A stretch of 62,924 nucleotides of DNA from Promethearchaeota archaeon (GCA_030603385.1 JAUVXW010000026.1:1-62924), one strand, 5' to 3'. Counted from the stretch's first letter, positions 1 to 11,424 are shown. The notes: a model not told the origin generated them from the letters alone. Numbers and translations: made by a program.

Positions 1-1026
1 TAATTCTCGAAAATCAAGCCAAACAAGATAAGTCCCCTCAGGTTCTATTACTTTTATTTGTGGGAGTTTTTCTTTGATAAAAACTTTTAAAAAATTCAGG
101 TTTCCTTTAAGATATTGTAATAGAGCATCTAACCAATTCTCACAGATTTCATGTCTATAAGCAGTTTCCATCGCTGCTACAGCAAAAAGGTTAGGTCCAC
201 CAACGCCAAAATTTGCTTGTGTATTTTTGAATGTTTGACGTATTTTTTGGTTTGGAATCACAATATTCGATATTTTTAGACCAGCTAGATTGAAAGTTTT
301 ACTTGTAGAAGTACATGTAATTGAGTTTTGGGCGAATTCATCATTTATAGTAGCAAAATTTGTGAGTTTATATCCAGGAAAAATTAAATCACAGTGAATT
401 TCGTCTGAGACGATTAAAATTTCATTTTTAATACAAATTTCCCCAAACTGTGTCAATTCTTCTTTAGTCCATACACGACCTACAGGATTATGTGGATTGC
501 ATAAAATTATCATTTTAGCTCTTGGATCTTTGACTTTTTTCTCTAGATCTTTAAAATCCATTGTATAATGGTTATTAGAAAACTTTAATGGATTTAAAAG
601 GATTCTACACCCATTATTTTCAATAACAGGATAAAAAGGATAGTAAACAGGATTTTGCACAATCACTTTATCACCAGAATTACAAAAAGCATTAACTGCA
701 ACATCTAAAGCTGGGATAACACCGGGAGTTTGACATAACCATTTTTTATCTATATCCCACCCATATCGTCTCTTGAACCAACTTAGAACAGATTCAAAAA
801 ATGAAGTAGGAAGAATTGAATAGCCATATATTCCATATTCAGCTGTTTGAACTAATTTTTCGATGATAGGTTGTGGTGCTTTAAAATCCATATCGGCTAC
901 CCAAAGAGGTAATAGATCAGGATCACCAAAACCTTTTTCTAAAACTTTCTTATCCCATTTTGCGGAATTAGATTTAGTGCGATCAATGACTTGATCAAAA
1001 TCATAAGAAGGATCTGTTTCACTCAT
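1..1026 (-). CDS. PatB/MalY-family PLP-dependent cystathionine beta-lyase/aminotransferase (runs off the window start)
   Basis: Not in the ORF track. Manual translation from ATG at 1026 gives MSETDPSYDFDQVIDRTKSNSAKWD...LLPLWVADMDF, then LCNPHNPVGRVW, SDEIH and the PLP lysine motif STSKTFNLAG. Confidence 0.9.
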   Translation of the reverse strand, partial: MSETDPSYDFDQVIDRTKSNSAKWDKKVLEKGFGDPDLLPLWVADMDFKAPQPIIEKLVQTAEYGIYGYSILPTSFFESVLSWFKRRYGWDIDKKWLCQTPGVIPALDVAVNAFCNSGDKVIVQNPVYYPFYPVIENNGCRILLNPLKFSNNHYTMDFKDLEKKVKDPRAKMIILCNPHNPVGRVWTKEELTQFGEICIKNEILIVSDEIHCDLIFPGYKLTNFATINDEFAQNSITCTSTSKTFNLAGLKISNIVIPNQKIRQTFKNTQANFGVGGPNLFAVAAMETAYRHEICENWLDALLQYLKGNLNFLKVFIKEKLPQIKVIEPEGTYLVWLDFREL

Positions 1027-1095
1027 TTTCCTTATTCAATTTTTAGTATAATATGTATTTAATCATTTTATAGTGAAAAATTATTATATGGATTT

Positions 1096-2010
1096 TTATA
1101 ATCCTCGAAGATAATCGGGTCGACGTAGGTGTGGATATTTAATACCTGCTTCAACGACCTTTAGGAAAAGCTCTTTATCTTTGGCTAATTCTCCTTTTAA
1201 GCTAACATAATTTGATGCATGATTTGAATTGAAAATACACTTTTGCAAATCATCAGACGTATATTCTATCATCGTGTATAACTCCTCTAATATTTCCGTA
1301 CTGGTGCATGGTTTGAATTCTCCTGTTGATTTTTGTGTCCATAACTCGGTTCCGGGAGTTACACCTAAAGTTAAAGGAGAGATATACCATTCAATTGGAG
1401 TTGGTGGAGCCATTCTATTAATCAATTTGGCAGATTCAATCGCATGTTTTCTATTTTTTTCAGGATCATTTCCTGCAAGCCCTAATAGAAAAATACCGGA
1501 CCAAGCAATTCCTGCTTTATAGCATTTTTGAGCAGCAAGAGCAAAATCATCTTGGGTAGCTCCTTTTTTACAAGCTTTTAGAACCTCGTCATCTCCACTT
1601 TCAATGCCTACGTAAACCATCGTAAATCCGCTATCAGCTAATTTTTTTAGGTCTTCATCTGATTTTTTTAAGATATCTTTAGCGTGTGCATATGCACTAA
1701 CTTTCTCAAGGTTTGGATGTATTTTATGGGCATATTCTGTTAACTCCGTAAGAATTCCAGGTTTAACAACAAACGCATTTCCATCTTCGAAAAAGATTTT
1801 ACGTACTCGATTTCCATAAATAGCGCCAGCTCTTTTAATATCATTTTTAATTTCTTCGATATCTTTACGAATAGAGAACTTTTTTGATCTATACATAGAG
1901 CAGAATGTGCATTTATGGGTACATCCATTCGTTATGGCAATTAATAAAGCATTCCACTCAGAAGGAGGTCTGAATACGGGGTCTTCTAAATTCCCAACTA
2001 CATAATTCAT
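1096..2010 (-). CDS. Radical SAM protein
   Basis: CxxxCxxC (CTHKCTFC), N-terminal FRPPSE and GIESG motifs. Confidence 0.9.
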   Translation of the reverse strand: MNYVVGNLEDPVFRPPSEWNALLIAITNGCTHKCTFCSMYRSKKFSIRKDIEEIKNDIKRAGAIYGNRVRKIFFEDGNAFVVKPGILTELTEYAHKIHPNLEKVSAYAHAKDILKKSDEDLKKLADSGFTMVYVGIESGDDEVLKACKKGATQDDFALAAQKCYKAGIAWSGIFLLGLAGNDPEKNRKHAIESAKLINRMAPPTPIEWYISPLTLGVTPGTELWTQKSTGEFKPCTSTEILEELYTMIEYTSDDLQKCIFNSNHASNYVSLKGELAKDKELFLKVVEAGIKYPHLRRPDYLRGL

Positions 2011-2072
2011 GGTTTATTCTATTTATATTATGTTTTTTTTTACTTTAACTTTTTCATTTAAAATTATTGGTA

Positions 2073-3347
2073 TTAGATACCGATAAGGTATATTAAGCCA
2101 TCTGCGAGTGAACCTCTCCAACAAATGAAATCATGACCCCCAATAAATTCCACATACTTTACTGAATAGCCCTTACTCAGTAACAAATCTCGGAAATGAC
2201 GATTTGAGAAAAAATGACTCGGTTCACCATGTAATGCTTCTTTACCTTCATAAACCCCAATTTCTATATAAAAGTCTAGGGGAAGTTTCTCTCTTTTCAT
2301 ATACTCCCCTATTAAATATTGCCAGTTCTGAAAATATGGATCAGTATTCTCTCCCAACTTTTCAGGTGCCCAGTAGGAACCTGATTGGGAAAGGATTTTT
2401 CCAAATTTATCTGGATATTTTAGACCAATATAAGAAGCTGACAAACCTCCGAGGCTCGCTCCTCCCACAACAGTCTTTTCTGGATTATTCGATAAGTTGT
2501 ATTTCTCTTTGAGATGGGGGAAAAGTTCCTCTCCTACAAAGAAAGCAAAATCTAGATTTGTCGTCAATTCATTTATTCTAGCTTTCATTCCCTCATCGAT
2601 ATGATTGTAAATGAAAACAGCGATAATCGGAGGAATCTTTTTGGAAAATATCAGGTTGTCTAGGATGGTGGGTGTTGGGATTTGATTTGGATTATTATAC
2701 ATAAATCCATCAAAAAGAAATAAACTACCATAAGGATCAGTTGAAGGATTGTAGTTTGGGGGGAGATAAATTTTGTTATAAAATTTTTCATTAAATTTGG
2801 TGCTTTTCAGTCGCACTGTTTTTAATGTTCCCTTAGGGATATTATCTTTTTTTTCAATCCAAGGTTGCGAAGGGGCATCAGGGAGTTCCAATGCAGCGAG
2901 TGTAACACCCGGTAACCAAGTAAAATTCTTTTTATTTAAAGGATCGCCCTTAAGGATAGGTATCATGATATCTTTTGGTGGATAAAGAGGAATATTTGCC
3001 TTTTGTCTAGTAATTGCATAAGTTATTCTGGTTTTATTTAGATAGAAAATAGATTTGTAGTAGATATCTGTACCTTGAAGACGTGCGAATTTCCCTCGAT
3101 GAGGAATCTCTCCTAGACTACCGCTATATAAGAGAATCTCATCCGTATCCCCATTTTCTTTACATAGGAAAGTAACTAGCTTATGGTTGGGTTCTCTTTC
3201 GATATGTTCAATAATTGGTGCGCCATTTTCTTCAATTTCTTTCCAAAAATCATCAACAAGACCCTTTTTATCTTCTACTTTATCCAAAACCTCTTTGAGT
3301 TTTAGTAATCGAGGGCTGATCATTTCATCATTAGGGACTAAGATCAT
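2073..3347 (-). CDS. Fes/enterochelin esterase-like alpha/beta hydrolase
   Basis: GASLGG nucleophile elbow, SQSGSYW, GGHD catalytic His and DPLN N-terminal domain typical of Fes. Confidence 0.85.
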   Translation of the reverse strand: MILVPNDEMISPRLLKLKEVLDKVEDKKGLVDDFWKEIEENGAPIIEHIEREPNHKLVTFLCKENGDTDEILLYSGSLGEIPHRGKFARLQGTDIYYKSIFYLNKTRITYAITRQKANIPLYPPKDIMIPILKGDPLNKKNFTWLPGVTLAALELPDAPSQPWIEKKDNIPKGTLKTVRLKSTKFNEKFYNKIYLPPNYNPSTDPYGSLFLFDGFMYNNPNQIPTPTILDNLIFSKKIPPIIAVFIYNHIDEGMKARINELTTNLDFAFFVGEELFPHLKEKYNLSNNPEKTVVGGASLGGLSASYIGLKYPDKFGKILSQSGSYWAPEKLGENTDPYFQNWQYLIGEYMKREKLPLDFYIEIGVYEGKEALHGEPSHFFSNRHFRDLLLSKGYSVKYVEFIGGHDFICWRGSLADGLIYLIGI

Positions 3348-3584
3348 GTAATACTATCTTTTTCCATAATTTAAAAACCTATTCTTAAACACCCAAGGTT
3401 TTCATTTAAATTTATTTGTAGTTTTCATAGAAAATATTGAATTACAGAAGAAGTTATATTAGCAATATCTCAAAAAAAGTTACCTTTAATCTAAAAATCG
3501 TTAATGTAGTAGGTTTTTCCAACAGTTAGTTAAAGGTATAATTCCAGAAAAAGTTATACAAACTTTATTCTTTTCCATATATAT

Positions 3585-4070
3585 TCATTCTTTTGTTTTT
3601 ATAAACTTCCATCGTGTTGGAGTTCCTGCATAGTCATTCATATCCCAACAAAAGACTTTAGTTTTGTTTATCCGATAAAATGGGGGAGGATGATCTAAAT
3701 TGTATTTTCTCATATAATCCTTTTTAATCTCCTTAATGAGATTTTCATTTTTCTCAATTGATACATTTCCTTCTATTATAACAACCTTAGTCCCACTTTC
3801 TGAGTGAACAACAATATGTGGATTACTAGCTAAATTTCTTCGATTTCTTGTTCCAGAACCCCCTCCAAAATAAAAATTATCATTAATCCATGAACCCCAT
3901 ACAGGAATTGCATGGGGACGGCAATCTGATTTTGTAGTACTTAACCAATAATTTCTTGCATCCTTCATCTCATCTTGCACAAAATCCCAACCTAATAATC
4001 CTGCGTCTGATTCCTCAATACCATAATCAGGTATATATGGTCGATCACGTGTTTTTTCTTGCTTCTTCAT
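3585..4070 (-). CDS. Pyridoxamine 5'-phosphate oxidase-like (PPOX/FMN split-barrel) protein
   Basis: YWLSTT...PHAIPVW...RNLASNPH pattern. Confidence 0.8.
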   Translation of the reverse strand: MKKQEKTRDRPYIPDYGIEESDAGLLGWDFVQDEMKDARNYWLSTTKSDCRPHAIPVWGSWINDNFYFGGGSGTRNRRNLASNPHIVVHSESGTKVVIIEGNVSIEKNENLIKEIKKDYMRKYNLDHPPPFYRINKTKVFCWDMNDYAGTPTRWKFIKTKE

Positions 4071-4308
4071 TTAACTTACGAATTTTCTGTAATTTTAAAT
4101 TATTCTTTTCTATCTTCATAGAATTCATAGTTCTGTAAAAAATTAATCAATATTGAGTTTTGCATCCACCTTAAATTTTTCTCTTAATAGTAAAATCATT
4201 AAATTAATCGGTTGTTAGAGTATTTAGTTGAAGGTATAAATTTATAAATGGTCTAAAAGTTTAGTATATAATATCTCATTATGTAATAGCTTTAACTTTA
4301 TTGTAAAG

Positions 4309-5244
4309 GTGAAAAAAATCTCAGATAAGATAATGTCTATGAAAGAAGCGATCAATAAATTAGTTCACGACGGTGAATTTGTATTCTTTGGGGGCTTCGG
4401 AAATGGCATGACATTTTCTGCAGCTCACGAAATAATCAGACAAAATAAACGAAATCTAAAAGTGACCAAATGTGGGGGTGGAATAATGTTTGACCAATTA
4501 ATAGGTGCGGGAGTCACAAATCATATAGTCACTTCACATTGTTGGAATGGCACCGGACCTCAACCTGCGTATAATCTAAGGCGCTCAATGGAAGAGGGAA
4601 TACCCCAAAAGATAATTTACAATGAACAATCTCTTTTTATGATCAATATGTCCTTTTTTGCTGGTTATATGGGCATCCCGTTTGTACCAATTCGTTCTGT
4701 TGTTGGTACAGGCATATTTGATCATCCAAAAGAAGTAGGGTTAAAGGCTGCAAGAGTGGAATGTCCTTTCACCGGTGAAAAGATATGTGTTGTTCCTGCA
4801 ATAAATCCCGATGTTGGTGTAATTCAAGTACAACGGGCAGATAGTGAAGGAAATGCCCAATTATGGGGATTAATAGGAGATACTAAATACGGAATCAATG
4901 CGTGTAAGAAAATTATTGTTGCAACAGAGGAAATCGTGGATAAAAGTGTAATTATGGAATCTCCCGAACGCACAATAATAGGCGCTCATAAAGTTGATGC
5001 TGTTGTACATGAGCCTTGGGGTGCTCATCCGAGCAGTATGCAAGGTTTTTACTACACAGATTTAGAATATAGGTTTAATTATGCAAAAGAAACGAAAACT
5101 ATTGAAGATTGGGAAAACTGGCTTGAGAGGTGGGTAACCGGAGTTGAGAATCGACAGGAATATCTGAAAGTATTAGGAAAGGATAAAATAAAGTTTCTAA
5201 AAGCTAAACCAATTATTCAGGGTGCTGTAAACTATGGATTCTAA
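4309..5244 (+). CDS. CoA-transferase subunit A (glutaconate CoA-transferase-like)
   Basis: GGFG, HEIIRQ, QRADSEGN and EPWGAHP motifs; overlaps subunit B. Confidence 0.9.
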   Translation: MKKISDKIMSMKEAINKLVHDGEFVFFGGFGNGMTFSAAHEIIRQNKRNLKVTKCGGGIMFDQLIGAGVTNHIVTSHCWNGTGPQPAYNLRRSMEEGIPQKIIYNEQSLFMINMSFFAGYMGIPFVPIRSVVGTGIFDHPKEVGLKAARVECPFTGEKICVVPAINPDVGVIQVQRADSEGNAQLWGLIGDTKYGINACKKIIVATEEIVDKSVIMESPERTIIGAHKVDAVVHEPWGAHPSSMQGFYYTDLEYRFNYAKETKTIEDWENWLERWVTGVENRQEYLKVLGKDKIKFLKAKPIIQGAVNYGF

Positions 5245-6064
5245 AGATAGAGAGTTTTGTAATGAATATACCGGTTTTGAAATGATGTTAGTGTCAGCAT
5301 GTAGACAAATTAAAAATGATGATATTGTATTTAATGCTTTTCACTGGCCTTTTCTTGCCGTTCACATGGCAAAATTACTCCATTGTCCTGATCTTTTCGC
5401 TGTGCTAGAAGTAGGGCAATTTCAAGACGAACTTCCGAGACCAATTAAGATGCCTTATTCAATTAGTGATCCTGTTTTAGTCCCAAATTCGCTATTTGTT
5501 GGAGACTCAATTGATGCATTATCTATTCTTCAAAGGGGAGAAATAACCGTAGCATTGTTAAGTACATCCATGGTTGATAAGTATGGAAATTGTAATACTA
5601 CGGTAGTAGGTCCATATGAGAAGCCAATTTATCGTTTACCGGGAGGTGGTGGAGCTACCGAAATTGCAGGTATGGCAAAAAGATTAATATGGCTAATTGA
5701 TGACCACACAAAACGGAGATTACCCGAAAAATTAGATTTTATTACTGATCCAGGTTATTTAGATGGATTTGATAGCAGAATAAAAGCTGGTTATCCTCCT
5801 GATACAGGTCCAGAAGTTATTGTTACGCCATTTTGTATAATGAAATTTGATCCTGAATCAAAAGAAGCCTATTTAGACGCACTACATCCAAATATTTCAA
5901 TAGAACAGGTAAAGGAAAATACAGGTTGGGATTTAAAGATTGTTAAAGAGGTTAAACAAATAGATCCACCAACTCTAAAAGAAATTGAAGTATGCCGACA
6001 AACTATGAGAGATGCAATAGATCAATATTTTATATTAAAACCTGAATGGACCACATATCTCTAG
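5234..6064 (+). CDS. CoA-transferase subunit B
   Basis: VDKYGNCNTT, RLPGGGGA and DFITDPG motifs. Confidence 0.9.
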   Translation: MDSKDREFCNEYTGFEMMLVSACRQIKNDDIVFNAFHWPFLAVHMAKLLHCPDLFAVLEVGQFQDELPRPIKMPYSISDPVLVPNSLFVGDSIDALSILQRGEITVALLSTSMVDKYGNCNTTVVGPYEKPIYRLPGGGGATEIAGMAKRLIWLIDDHTKRRLPEKLDFITDPGYLDGFDSRIKAGYPPDTGPEVIVTPFCIMKFDPESKEAYLDALHPNISIEQVKENTGWDLKIVKEVKQIDPPTLKEIEVCRQTMRDAIDQYFILKPEWTTYL

Positions 6065-6176
6065 TTAATTATTTACCTATCTTTCCTTTATTTTTATAAA
6101 TTTTTAAGACATTCAGTATTGTTTAATTTAATTAAATTCTATAAATGTAGTAAATAAAAATTGAGAAGAATTAGAT

Positions 6177-6965
6177 ATGGAAAAAATTGAAATTGCTAAA
6201 AAAGAGAAAATTGCGATAATTAAATTAATTGATGCTGAAAACCTTAATCCTTTAAACAAGGAAACTGCCAAGGAGTTATTGGAAACATTAGAATCACTAA
6301 AAGATGATATTGACATTAGATGTGTAATAATTACTGGTTCGGGAAGGGCTTTTTCTGCGGGAGGGGATATAAAGGGATTTAAATCAAGTATAGAAGCTGG
6401 TACCACTGGTAAAGAAATGGATGATCTAACAAAGGATCTTTATAAAACTGCCTTAATTTTGCGACTTTATCCTAAGCCTATAATTGCTGCGGTGAATGGG
6501 TGGGCTGTGGGCGCAGGTATGAATCTTGCATTATCATGCGATTTTATAATTGCCTCAGAAAAAGCAAGATTTAGACAATCATTTTCTAAACTCGGTTTAA
6601 TACCTGGATTTGCAGGCACAATACTATTAAGCCGTCAACTAACATGGCAACAAGCTACACAAATGTCGTTTTTTGGAGACACATATTCAGCAGAGGAATT
6701 AGCTAAGCTTGGGTTAGTTAATGAAATCACTCCTCCAGAAAAGCTTGATGAAGTGGCTTTACAATGGGCGCAACGCCTTGCTAATGGACCTACATTGGCA
6801 TTTGCAAGAACCAAAGAGCTATTCTTTAATGCATTAAGCATCCCGCTAAAAGAACATCTCGAAAACGAGCGACAAATGCAGATAAAATCAGCTGAAACTG
6901 AGGATTACAAAAGAGGAGTATTTGCCCTTATTGATAAAAAGGAACCCGAGTTTATCGGCAAATAA
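6177..6965 (+). CDS. Enoyl-CoA hydratase/isomerase (crotonase family)
   Basis: GRAFSAGGD and AAVNGWAVGAG motifs. Confidence 0.9.
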   Translation: MEKIEIAKKEKIAIIKLIDAENLNPLNKETAKELLETLESLKDDIDIRCVIITGSGRAFSAGGDIKGFKSSIEAGTTGKEMDDLTKDLYKTALILRLYPKPIIAAVNGWAVGAGMNLALSCDFIIASEKARFRQSFSKLGLIPGFAGTILLSRQLTWQQATQMSFFGDTYSAEELAKLGLVNEITPPEKLDEVALQWAQRLANGPTLAFARTKELFFNALSIPLKEHLENERQMQIKSAETEDYKRGVFALIDKKEPEFIGK

Positions 6966-7109
6966 TAAGCAATATATTTTTTAATAAATAATTTTAAAAT
7001 TGTTATTTATTATTCAATAAACAATTCTGACAACAAAGTATTAAATATTCTAAAACTATAAATAAACTAGATTTTTTCCATTTTTTTATAATAACAAAGT
7101 TTAGCAGAA

Positions 7110-7562
7110 ATGTCAAGAAATAAAGATGTTTTAAAGTTTTTTCAAGCTTACGTTAAAGAAATGATCGATATTGGGGGAAGGAATTTACCCAAAGCCATTT
7201 CAGTAAAATCAGGTTCAAAGTTAGGTAAATTTTATAAAGCAAGAGGGTCATCATTAGATTTGGAAGTCGTCTTAAAGCAGTTCTATACTGGTTTGAAAGG
7301 AAAACCAACGATAAAAAAATTAGATGATAATAATTATGATGTAAGTGTAAAATATTCTAAAAAATTTTGTCCAATAGGTGGGACTTATGACCCTTCTCGA
7401 GGTACTATTTTTCAAGAAAACATATGTATTCCCTATACGAAAGGATTTTTAAGTGAATTATTTCCTCAATTTATGACTGAAGCTGAGTTTTTAAATTGTA
7501 TTCCGCTTAATAATAAAAAAACTTGTCATTATATCTTAAAAGTTAGAGATATACAAAGATAA
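7110..7562 (+). CDS. Hypothetical protein, V4R/methanogen-output-domain-like small-ligand-binding fold
   Basis: FCPIG...IC..YTKG...C.......C.Y cysteine pattern; fold assignment is by recall. Confidence 0.55.
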   Translation: MSRNKDVLKFFQAYVKEMIDIGGRNLPKAISVKSGSKLGKFYKARGSSLDLEVVLKQFYTGLKGKPTIKKLDDNNYDVSVKYSKKFCPIGGTYDPSRGTIFQENICIPYTKGFLSELFPQFMTEAEFLNCIPLNNKKTCHYILKVRDIQR

Positions 7563-7634
7563 TTTAGTTTATCAAGTATTAAATATTTTTTTTCTTTTTC
7601 TCGATTCTTGATATCTTCACAATTCTATTTATTT

Positions 7635-8102
7635 CTAAAGAGAATAAAATCTTGAAAGTTTTGAGGCCACACAACATGGCTTTGATTCCCCTTCAACGTA
7701 GATTTTAAAATCAAACTCAACATCGTAAGCACCCCCATCAGCATCTCGAACATCAACAACTTTAGCAATTAATCTAACACGTTTACCTACGGGTGTAGGT
7801 GCTGGGAACCGAATCTTGTTCCAACCATAATTTACTGTCATCCTTGTATTAATTGAAGTATACAGTTGTGAAAATAATTTAGAATAAATTATAGAAAGCA
7901 CCCAATTACCATGTGCAACTGTTCTTCCATAAGGAGATTCATTTTTCGCTCGTTCAGGATCAACATGTATCCACTGCATATCTCCTACAATCTTTCCGTA
8001 TTCATTTATTTCATCTTGAGTTACTTCATACCAATCAGAAGTCCCAATCTCTTTCCCAACGTATTTTTTCCAATCGGATGGACTTATCTTTAATGAACCC
8101 AT
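7635..8102 (-). CDS. MaoC-family dehydratase
   Basis: GDMQWIHVDPERA, VAHG and NYGWNKIRFPAP motifs. Confidence 0.9.
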   Translation of the reverse strand: MGSLKISPSDWKKYVGKEIGTSDWYEVTQDEINEYGKIVGDMQWIHVDPERAKNESPYGRTVAHGNWVLSIIYSKLFSQLYTSINTRMTVNYGWNKIRFPAPTPVGKRVRLIAKVVDVRDADGGAYDVEFDFKIYVEGESKPCCVASKLSRFYSL

Positions 8103-8104
8103 GA

Positions 8105-9334
8105 CTATTTACCCCACATTCGAATCATTTCTCTTGATATAAGGAATCTCATGATTTCTGCTGAGCCTGCACTTATTTGCCCTATTTTTGCATCTCTATA
8201 AAATCTTTCCACGGGATATTCTTCAGAATATCCTAATCCACCAACAACTTGTACTGCTTCTTTAGTTATATTAACTGCGGCATCTGAAATTTTTGCTTTA
8301 ACCGCTGCCACTGATGCTCTACAATAATGTCCCTCATCAAGCATTCTGGCAATCTGCGCTATCGCAATTCTATTTAATTCTAAATCCATAAACATTTCAC
8401 TCAATTTAAAAGAAATACCTTCAAACTCGTAAATTGTCTTTCCAAATTGTTCACGTCTATGGGCATATTTATATGCCACTTCAAAAGCACTTCTAGCTAA
8501 TCCAAGATATTGAGATGCTGTGAATGTTCTTTCGCCATCAAGACCGAACATTAAAACCTCAACCCCTTCGTTTTCCTTATGTAATAAATTTTCGACAGGA
8601 ACTTTACAATTGGTAAATCTGAGATGTGAGTTTGGCATTCCTCTTCGACCCATATAAGTATAATCCTTCAGGACTTCAAATCCAGGAGTATCCGTTTCAA
8701 AAATAAATGCTGATATTCCTTGATGTCTTCTTACTTGGTCATTAGTAACCGCGTATAAGGTAATGTAATCCGCATAACTCCCATTAGTTATAAAACATTT
8801 TTCACCATTTAAGATGTAATAATCCCCATCTCGTTTCGCTCGTAAATTCATCCCACCAATGGCGTCAGAACCCCCAGTAGGCTCAGTTATACCAATTGCA
8901 CCTAATTTTGTGCCATCAGCGATTCCTGATAAATACCTTTCCTTTTGTTCAGGTGTTCCGTATTTTATGATTGGTGCGGCAAATAAGCATGATGATGCAC
9001 CAAAAATAGTAGCTATAGCATAATTAAAAGCAGTTAATTCTTCACCAAATATTGCACGGTATAGAACTCCTTTACCTAAACCCCCTAATTCTTCAGGAAT
9101 CAAAATATTTAAATAAGGTTTCATTTTTTTGACCGTATCTACGGCTAAATCTTTATTTCGTTCCCTATCTATCTTATTAGCAACAGGTTCAATGTTATCC
9201 TTACACCATTTACGAACTTCCATCCTAAAATCGTTTTCTTCTTTAGAGAAATAATGTAATCTATCGGGCATACATGAGTAGCCATATTCTAAATTTAAAT
9301 CTTCAAAATGTACTTGTCCTTCCATATAAATCAT
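8105..9334 (-). CDS. Acyl-CoA dehydrogenase
   Basis: ITEPTGGSD, LNGEKCFITNG, REQFG and ERFYRDAK motifs. Confidence 0.93.
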   Translation of the reverse strand: MIYMEGQVHFEDLNLEYGYSCMPDRLHYFSKEENDFRMEVRKWCKDNIEPVANKIDRERNKDLAVDTVKKMKPYLNILIPEELGGLGKGVLYRAIFGEELTAFNYAIATIFGASSCLFAAPIIKYGTPEQKERYLSGIADGTKLGAIGITEPTGGSDAIGGMNLRAKRDGDYYILNGEKCFITNGSYADYITLYAVTNDQVRRHQGISAFIFETDTPGFEVLKDYTYMGRRGMPNSHLRFTNCKVPVENLLHKENEGVEVLMFGLDGERTFTASQYLGLARSAFEVAYKYAHRREQFGKTIYEFEGISFKLSEMFMDLELNRIAIAQIARMLDEGHYCRASVAAVKAKISDAAVNITKEAVQVVGGLGYSEEYPVERFYRDAKIGQISAGSAEIMRFLISREMIRMWGK

Positions 9335-9444
9335 TTTAAAATGTGATTAATCAATATAATCTAAAATTAAAGATATTTAATTAATTTATTTTAATATCAA
9401 ACTATAAAATCTATGCTTCAATTTCCATTATTAAACAAAAATTA

Positions 9445-10389
9445 GTGAGAATTTGTATGGAATATACTACACTAGGACGTACGGGATTAAAAGTCAGTGT
9501 CATGGGATTAGGTTGTGGAGGTCCTAGTCGTATAGGGCAAAGTACCGGTAATAGTGAAGAGGAATCTATCGCAATTGTTAAACACGCTTTAAAGGCGGGG
9601 ATTAATTTCATTGATACAGCAGAAGTATATCGAACTGAGATTATCGTTGGAAAAGCAATAAAAGATTTTGACCGAGAAACTCTCGTATTATCAACGAAAA
9701 AATCAACGTGGGGAAATCCTAAACCAAAAGATGTATTAAAAAGTTTTGAGAGAAGCCTTAAAAATCTTGGCACCGATTATATTGACATTTATCACCTTCA
9801 TGGGGTGGTATTATCTGATTATGAATATCTCGTTTCAGAAATTATACCAACACTTCAAGAGTTGCGAGATCAAGGAAAAATACGGTTTTTAGGTATCACT
9901 GAACGATTTAATCCTGATCCTCATCATTCTATGCTACAAAGAGCATTACAGGACGATTTTTGGGATGTAATGATGGTAGGATTTAATATTTTAAATCAAT
10001 CTGCCCGGGATCGTGTCTTAGCAAAAACAATAGAAAAGAATATTGGTATTCTAATCATGTTTGCTGTCCGACTTGCACTTAGTAGACCAAAAAGACTTAA
10101 ACAATGTATTGAAGAATTAATCGAAAAAGGACAGGTTAGCATTTCTGAAATTGATAATGATAATCCCCTCGAATTTCTTATATACAAGAATGGTGCTAAA
10201 AATTTAGTTGATGCTGCATATCGCTTCTGCCGATATGAGCCAGGAATACATGTTACTCTTTCTGGTACAGGAAATCTTAGTCACTTGAAAGACAACCTTG
10301 AATCGATTTTAAGACCACCACTTCCAGAGAAAGATTTGATAAAACTTAAGAAGATTTTTAAGAATGCTGATTCAATTTCAGGTCAATAG
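9445..10389 (+). CDS. Aldo/keto reductase (likely start ATG 9457)
   Basis: LGRTGLKVS, GINFIDTAEVY and LGTDYIDIYHLH motifs. Confidence 0.9.
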   Translation: MRICMEYTTLGRTGLKVSVMGLGCGGPSRIGQSTGNSEEESIAIVKHALKAGINFIDTAEVYRTEIIVGKAIKDFDRETLVLSTKKSTWGNPKPKDVLKSFERSLKNLGTDYIDIYHLHGVVLSDYEYLVSEIIPTLQELRDQGKIRFLGITERFNPDPHHSMLQRALQDDFWDVMMVGFNILNQSARDRVLAKTIEKNIGILIMFAVRLALSRPKRLKQCIEELIEKGQVSISEIDNDNPLEFLIYKNGAKNLVDAAYRFCRYEPGIHVTLSGTGNLSHLKDNLESILRPPLPEKDLIKLKKIFKNADSISGQ

Positions 10390-10451
10390 TAAAATATTTC
10401 ATAAAGAATAAATAATTATCCTCACTAAAGTGCAAAAAATAATCTTTAACC

Positions 10452-11345
10452 TTGATAAAAATGATTTGGAATACAAGAATAACTAAAATGACCAATACTC
10501 AATACCCAATCATAATGGGTGCTTTTGCGATAATAGGGAGAGCTGAATTCGCGGCAGCTTTCTCAAATGCAGGTGGATTAGGCATCATAACAGCGTTGAA
10601 TTTTAGAACAAATGAAGAATTTCAAGAAGAAATTGATAAAATGAAGAAATTAACAAATAAACCTTATGGCGTCAATTTTACAGTATGGCCTCCACAAGTT
10701 AGGCAGAGGAGTGAACGAGCTCAATCTGAAGAATCATATTTTGATTTTGTAGATATCGCTTTAGATGCAGATGTCAAAGTTATTACTACTTCCGCTTATA
10801 AAGCAGCGAAAATTGGAAAGAAAGTGCATGATGCGGGATGTGTGTGGTTTCATAAGAGTGCTACTGTGAAGCATGCGATATCAGCAGAAAAGGTAGGTGC
10901 GGATGCTGTTACCATTGTAGGTCTTGAAGGAACAGGATTTAAAAACCCAAATCAAAACACGACACTTGTTAATATGACAATGGCAAGAAAATTAATTAAA
11001 GTGCCACTTATAGCAGCAGGAGGAATAGGTGACGCAAGAGGATTTCTTGCTGCTCTAGCGATGGGTGCCGATGCTGTATGCTTTGGGAGCGCAATAATGG
11101 CAACAAAAGAAAGCCCTGCTTCAGAAACGTGGAAAAAACAAGTGTTATACCAAGACATATTCGATGAGAAATTTTATAAGAAGATCTATCACCTAGAATT
11201 ACGTGACAGCCCGATTGGTTCCATGGCATGCGGGCACGTTAATGAGGAAACAACAATTAAACAATTTATTGAGGATATTATAGCAAATGCAGAAGAAATC
11301 CTTAGGAGATGGGGATTTGAGGGGAATAAAATTACAATTTTTTAA
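10452..11345 (+). CDS. Nitronate monooxygenase/FabK-like flavoprotein
   Basis: SNAGGLG, KPYGVN, PLIAAGGIGD and ALAMGAD motifs. Confidence 0.88.
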   Translation: MIKMIWNTRITKMTNTQYPIIMGAFAIIGRAEFAAAFSNAGGLGIITALNFRTNEEFQEEIDKMKKLTNKPYGVNFTVWPPQVRQRSERAQSEESYFDFVDIALDADVKVITTSAYKAAKIGKKVHDAGCVWFHKSATVKHAISAEKVGADAVTIVGLEGTGFKNPNQNTTLVNMTMARKLIKVPLIAAGGIGDARGFLAALAMGADAVCFGSAIMATKESPASETWKKQVLYQDIFDEKFYKKIYHLELRDSPIGSMACGHVNEETTIKQFIEDIIANAEEILRRWGFEGNKITIF

Positions 11346-11424
11346 ATCCACCAATCAAATTTTTATTTTATTATCTTTTTTATAAATTAGATAAGTTTAT
11401 CTCCAAACAAAAAGATGGATCGTT